In this document: positions 59,323 through 64,000 of the stretch, one piece after another | How positions within the stretch are numbered: position 1 is the stretch's first letter | How the letters are laid out: each line of letters begins with the position of its first letter | DNA from: a virus | Taxonomy: Duplodnaviria; Heunggongvirae; Uroviricota; Caudoviricetes | DNA: 64,000 nt | Direction: 5' to 3' (one strand) | IMG/VR virus record: IMGVR_UViG_3300020156_000001 | Location: 416,348-480,347 of that record | Notes under the pieces: model-generated | The model's input: only the letters and a program-made list of their open reading frames with translations | What the model was told of the DNA's origin: nothing | Databases searched by the model: none | Program-made: the position numbers and the translations under genes

Positions 59323-59666
59323 TGCTTATAAACCTTCTTGAACTTTGGAACCACAGCTGGTCGTTCAATAGTTTCGTTGGCCTTCTTTGGTAGCTTGGAT
59401 GCTTCCTTGGCCTTTTCCGCACCTGGCTTCAAGTCGGGTTCGGATTCAATAACATCGGGGAACAATTCGTTCCATGCTTTTTGCATTTGGGCTGCAAAGC
59501 GATTTTGCAGTTCCATTTCAATAAGCTCGATAAAGGTTTCCAGTTGCGCCCGCATATCATAACTCATCCCCATTGCATGAGCCGCGTACAAGCGCGAGTT
59601 CAAGTTGCTCAGTTTATCTCTGAGTTCTTCTTCGTTTAGGGACGAGGGATCAAATGACGGATGCAA
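59319..59666 (-). CDS. Hypothetical protein
   Basis: GAGGAG SD with TTG start. Confidence 0.65.
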   Translation of the reverse strand: MHPSFDPSSLNEEELRDKLSNLNSRLYAAHAMGMSYDMRAQLETFIELIEMELQNRFAAQMQKAWNELFPDVIESEPDLKPGAEKAKEASKLPKKANETIERPAVVPKFKKVYKQ

Positions 59667-59677
59667 CTGGATTCTCC

Positions 59678-60085
59678 TTAGAGGTCACCCGCCTTGCGAT
59701 TTTCACTGCGGGAGATTTCAAACTGTCCGCCCGGATAACGAGCTTCAAGCTTGCGAACATTTTCTTCAATAACTTCGTATGGATCCATACCAAGAGCCAT
59801 ACATGCGTTGGCAAAGTACCACATTACATCGCCAAGTTCGCGCTTCATGTGGAAAACGTTGTCCTCATTATAGGGCTTGCCCTGGAATGTGATCTTCTTG
59901 ACGATTTCCATAAATTCACCAGCTTCGGCAACCAAGCCATCAGCCGCAGTGTGAAGTCGAGCTACATTGCAACCCTGATCATAAAGGGCTTCGACGCGGG
60001 CAAGAAATGCTGCCTTGTCCTTGGATTCGCTAGATGTAACTGCATCAACGAATTCCAAATATTGATTCAAAAATGGATTAGACAT
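59678..60085 (-). CDS. MazG-like nucleotide pyrophosphohydrolase
   Basis: EAGEFMEIVKK, RELGDVMWY, N..KL..RYP. Confidence 0.9.
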   Translation of the reverse strand: MSNPFLNQYLEFVDAVTSSESKDKAAFLARVEALYDQGCNVARLHTAADGLVAEAGEFMEIVKKITFQGKPYNEDNVFHMKRELGDVMWYFANACMALGMDPYEVIEENVRKLEARYPGGQFEISRSENRKAGDL

Positions 60086-60140
60086 GAAAACTCCTGTATA
60101 TGTAATAACTTATCATACACAGGAGCTTCCTGGTTTGTCA

Positions 60141-61328
60141 TTATTTAAACCAATAGAATTTCTTCGCGATAACCGATGAGACCACAAAGCCAGTTTGCGC
60201 AAACGCAACTGCCGAGCCAAAGCGACCTTTGGGGGATTTATCCACGGGAACAACAAAGCCGGTTGGAATAGCCGATGCACTCCATTGACCGTTTGCCTTC
60301 TCATAAACGTAGGCAGCACCAATAGCGTTATCGCGCATTGTAGCGCCTGCAATCACAAGCTTTTCGTTGCTGTGAATGCTTACGGACCAACCCAAGTTAT
60401 CGGCGGTTGCTACCATTGGATCTTGAATCAATTCGGACTTATCAGTCTTCGCTGTAAGTGCGCGTTCAAAAGTTGGTGTTGCTGTGGAAACGTCATACAC
60501 AAATGCACGACCAGGAATCTTATCACCGGCATTACCAAACGGAGCACCAACAACAGCGGTATCGCCGCGAAGTGCTACAGACCAACCAAAACCATCCGCA
60601 TAGGAAGTATCAGGCTTGAATCCGATTGGTGCAGACCAAGTTGAACCCGTACGCTTGCTGATAAATGCCATACCAGCGCCTTTACCCAGCGTATCACCAG
60701 GGCCGCCTACGATAAGCGTGTCACCGTCAACCGCAACATCAGTACCAAAGTTTTGGTTACTTCCTGCACGAGCCAATCCAGCTGCTATCGTTAAGAGTCC
60801 ACCCTGCTTCACCCATGCGGTGCCGTTGAAAACGTATACGTGGGCGCCACCAACGTTGCCTGCTTTTGTATGGCCGACTACGAGTGTATTACCGCTAAGT
60901 GCGACACTTGATGCATAACCAACAGTACCCGTAACATCCGGAGGAATAGTAAGAGTTGTGTGTTCGGTTGCACCCCAGGTGCCATTAACCTTACGGTACA
61001 GGAACACAGAACCGTTACCGCCGGTAACCGTGTTTGTTACTGCGGCCCATTCACCTGAAATAGCAGCTTTGTAGCCAAAGCGACCAGTCTTGGTAAACTC
61101 TGCAGTTTTAACCCAATCGGTACCGTTGAAGTCATAGATAAAGGCCTTGGCCGCGAGATAAGATCCGATGATCAAACTTGTCTCATCGGATACCATCGTG
61201 TAGCCAAAGCCGTTGATTAGACTTGTAGTGGAAGAAGTTTCCGAAGCAATAAACTCTGGTCCCGACTTTTTCGGGACCACAGCTATTTTTCCAGACAATG
61301 AGATATTGGAAAGCTTCAGGAAAGGCAT
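60141..61328 (-). CDS. FG-GAP repeat beta-propeller protein
   Basis: Repeated FG..VA..G.T.VVG.P..G.AYV[YF]. Confidence 0.85.
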   Translation of the reverse strand: MPFLKLSNISLSGKIAVVPKKSGPEFIASETSSTTSLINGFGYTMVSDETSLIIGSYLAAKAFIYDFNGTDWVKTAEFTKTGRFGYKAAISGEWAAVTNTVTGGNGSVFLYRKVNGTWGATEHTTLTIPPDVTGTVGYASSVALSGNTLVVGHTKAGNVGGAHVYVFNGTAWVKQGGLLTIAAGLARAGSNQNFGTDVAVDGDTLIVGGPGDTLGKGAGMAFISKRTGSTWSAPIGFKPDTSYADGFGWSVALRGDTAVVGAPFGNAGDKIPGRAFVYDVSTATPTFERALTAKTDKSELIQDPMVATADNLGWSVSIHSNEKLVIAGATMRDNAIGAAYVYEKANGQWSASAIPTGFVVPVDKSPKGRFGSAVAFAQTGFVVSSVIAKKFYWFK

Positions 61329-61338
61329 CTTTTATTCC

Positions 61339-62340
61339 TTAAGCAATACCACCACCAACACTTAGAAGACCAATACGAGTACCGGCCACCAAGCGAGGAA
61401 CAACAGTTACGCCGATCTTTGTACCATATGCGACATCGCCCCATGTAGTCTTGTAAGTGCGTTCTGCGGACTCGCCATACATTGTGATCTTAACGTCCTG
61501 CTTGCCAGCGAATGCCGAAGCGTTGATCAAGCATACTAGGTCAAGTTCTTCCATGTACAAGTGACGGTTTGTAGCAAAACCATATGGGAACTTCACAACG
61601 TGAGAGTTGTTGTCGAATAGGTTTGGATGAGCCCAGTCCAACGAAATCTTGTAGAAGTTATAACGGTTTGTTTCCCAACCAATACCAGTAACTGTGTTCT
61701 GTTCCATTGCATAAGAAGGAGAACGATCCTTTTCACGAACGATACCCCATTCAAAATAGTTGCCGGTAACTTCCGCACCATGCCACATAGCGAAGATTGG
61801 TGCAGTACCTTCAACCTTTGGAAGACCAGTGGAAGGATTAACTGGACGCTGCAATACCACCATTGAGTTGTTTGCCGACTGGTTAATCTTAACTGTTGGC
61901 CAGATTGCCAAAGCAAAACCACGACCTGTAAATGTTACGCGATAATTGCACTCGTTGTTGATCGAAGGCATCATCGTTTCTGTGGAAAGCAGAAGAACCT
62001 TTGGTGTGTTTGGAGCAATAACAACATCAGTGTTATCCACAGTTGGCTTGATCTGGTTTGCATCACCAAAATACATAGCAAATTCAGTTACTGTGGTTGT
62101 GTTGTTTACCTTGAGACGTTGGAATAGAATTCGATACTTTTGAGTAGCGTCGACCGCCAAGTGCGAATCAATGTTTTGTGAACTCTCGAAAAGCCAAGAG
62201 TCCTTAGCTGGACCAGTTGGAGCAGCAATGACGTTAAACCACGCCGTACCGCCACTGTTCGTGAATCTAGCCATAAGGTCATTAATCATGTCACGCGCAT
62301 TGATTTGTGGCGTTGTTGTAGCGTAGGAAAAACCTGCCAT
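61339..62340 (-). CDS. Virion structural protein
   Basis: TAAATA and SD upstream; FPYGFAT.R..Y.EELDL..YGE..R.Y shared with the gene at 63483. Confidence 0.7.
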   Translation of the reverse strand: MAGFSYATTTPQINARDMINDLMARFTNSGGTAWFNVIAAPTGPAKDSWLFESSQNIDSHLAVDATQKYRILFQRLKVNNTTTVTEFAMYFGDANQIKPTVDNTDVVIAPNTPKVLLLSTETMMPSINNECNYRVTFTGRGFALAIWPTVKINQSANNSMVVLQRPVNPSTGLPKVEGTAPIFAMWHGAEVTGNYFEWGIVREKDRSPSYAMEQNTVTGIGWETNRYNFYKISLDWAHPNLFDNNSHVVKFPYGFATNRHLYMEELDLVCLINASAFAGKQDVKITMYGESAERTYKTTWGDVAYGTKIGVTVVPRLVAGTRIGLLSVGGGIA

Positions 62341-62371
62341 AATTTTGCTCCAGAATTTCTGTTTTTGTTAT

Positions 62372-63439
62372 TTAGTTTCTTATCCTGCCGTTCATGCGTC
62401 CTGATTGACGGATAAAGCGGCTATCAAAGAATGCCTTGACGTATGGGTCATCAAACGTTGAATTATCGAGATTCCATGTGGAGCCCCAAACACGACCGTA
62501 TACCTTAAACTCTGCCTTTGTTAGCAGAACTGTACCACAACGGAAACGTTGGCCAGTTTGCATAACAAACTTACCAATACGGCACTTCATACCAGTGGTT
62601 ATTGTTGCGCCTTTAACGTCTCGATCAGATAGGAAAATGTTACCACAACGACCCTTTACGCCTGGTGCGGTTACAGTGAACAGTCCGGTTAGACGACAAG
62701 AGAAACGTTTCAAGTAAGTTGTTGCGCCACGATCTCTTGGAACATCGCCGCCCATACCATACTGCTTGCAAACGTAAGTTGACAAGTACGTGGAGTAATT
62801 GATCGTAGGCAAGATCACGCATTTATGCGGACGCTTTGAGCCTAGGAATGGATTGAATCCATGTACGGACTTTGGCAAACTCTTGCATTGCCACTTTGTA
62901 GTTGGAGTAGTTGTTGGTGTAATAAAGCAAAGGCGTCGGAAGCCACGAGCGTTTACATCCTCTTCCGGACGAAGCATAACTGTGTGGCAAGCTTTTCTAC
63001 CCTTATTGCTGGTAAACAATGCAATTTTATTGTAGCGGCAATTTGTTGTCTTTGCTTCAACGAAATCACTACCAAAGCTGATTGAACAACGACGAGCAGG
63101 TTTACCTTTTGTGGTAGTTGATGCTGGGATTACCTTACAATTGCGACCAGACCATTGCTTTGCATCAACAAAATCAGCACTGATCATGCTTGTGTTGCAG
63201 AACTTTTTACCTACTGCGGCTACACCAAAGATACCTCTACGACCGGCTTTGCAACCCGGCTTGTATGTGAGAATATCTTGGCTTGTGAAAACAGGTTTAC
63301 GACAAGCTATCGTTGTGATAAGTTCGATAAACGTGTTTCGGGTGTTGAGAGGAAAGCAAAAAGGCTTTCCTCCAACGTGATCCAAAAGTTCCTCGAAAGG
63401 AGGGGTTGGCTCGGGTGGAAAATCATCCGCATAAGACAT
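62372..63439 (-). CDS. Cys/Lys/Arg-rich protein of unknown function
   Basis: GGAGG SD; 16 regularly spaced Cys. Confidence 0.65.
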   Translation of the reverse strand: MSYADDFPPEPTPPFEELLDHVGGKPFCFPLNTRNTFIELITTIACRKPVFTSQDILTYKPGCKAGRRGIFGVAAVGKKFCNTSMISADFVDAKQWSGRNCKVIPASTTTKGKPARRCSISFGSDFVEAKTTNCRYNKIALFTSNKGRKACHTVMLRPEEDVNARGFRRLCFITPTTTPTTKWQCKSLPKSVHGFNPFLGSKRPHKCVILPTINYSTYLSTYVCKQYGMGGDVPRDRGATTYLKRFSCRLTGLFTVTAPGVKGRCGNIFLSDRDVKGATITTGMKCRIGKFVMQTGQRFRCGTVLLTKAEFKVYGRVWGSTWNLDNSTFDDPYVKAFFDSRFIRQSGRMNGRIRN

Positions 63440-63482
63440 AAGCCCCTCCAATCATAGTAAAGTTGAACAAAAATCCCAAAGA

Positions 63483-64000
63483 TTAAGAAGCCTCTGGAAT
63501 TTCAGGACCCTTTGTGTACATGAAAATACGAGTGCCGCCGTTACCATTAACACCAGAGGACTGGTTGTTGCTGTTGTAGGCTGTATAGAAACGCTCTTCG
63601 CCATACACATTGATTGGAACTACCTGCGAGCTCTGATAAGCGTCTGCCTTGGAAACAGCAATCAAGTCGATTTCATCGCTAAATGCAAAGCGGCTGGTGC
63701 ACATACCGAATGGGAATACCAATACGTATTCACCAGTATCAGTTGTTACTGGTGTAAACCAACGCACTGGGAAGTAGTTGAGAACACGACCCATGGACTC
63801 ATTTGGATCCGAGATCATTGTGTCCTGGATGATCGCGTTGTTTACTGTACCAGCCTGTGGGTTGGAGATCCAGAATGGATATGCGCTTGCTGTATCGACT
63901 TCGCGAGGAATCTGGTAGAACCAGTTGTTCTTTGGACCACCTGGGATACCATCACCGAGGTTTGCAGTGGATGGGGCAACGTTTGTAACCATGTAAAGTG
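63483..64000 (-). CDS. Virion protein (C-terminal part), paralog of 61339-62340
   Basis: FPFGMCTSR..SDEIDL..VYGEER.Y; probably begins beyond the window. Confidence 0.65.
   Translation of the reverse strand, partial: LYMVTNVAPSTANLGDGIPGGPKNNWFYQIPREVDTASAYPFWISNPQAGTVNNAIIQDTMISDPNESMGRVLNYFPVRWFTPVTTDTGEYVLVFPFGMCTSRFAFSDEIDLIAVSKADAYQSSQVVPINVYGEERFYTAYNSNNQSSGVNGNGGTRIFMYTKGPEIPEAS

Noticed and set aside
1-64000. Stop-codon reassignment
   Set aside because: Recognisable genes are intact under code 11, and TAA, TAG and TGA all terminate genes

Overview
This window is a 64 kb segment of a large (jumbo-type) T4-like myophage genome. The host is probably alphaproteobacterial (rhizobial), inferred from the thyA/folA sequences and from TTGACA-N16-TANANN promoters that often lack -7T. 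It encodes replication and repair genes (sliding clamp fragment, family B DNA polymerase, clamp loader, NAD ligase, UvsE, DnaE fragment) and nucleotide metabolism genes (ThyA, DHFR, HADs, Nudix, CYTH, MazG). It also carries a proteostasis/translation set (ClpA, ClpP, DnaJ, GroES, peptide deformylase, IF-1, tRNA-Leu), holin and spanins, and three blocks of virion fibre genes under TAAATA late promoters. The most striking unexplained feature is an expanded family of about 24 small, otherwise divergent ORFs ending in a shared motif (hydrophobic-x-F-x4-[DA]A-x-x-FKL-x-[WF]), lying in tandem arrays. Other candidates are a three-way-junction RNA that buries a Shine-Dalgarno (SD), several hairpins with the late promoter in the loop, and a possible ~120 nt structured ncRNA. 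All calls were made by eye from motifs; no searches were run.
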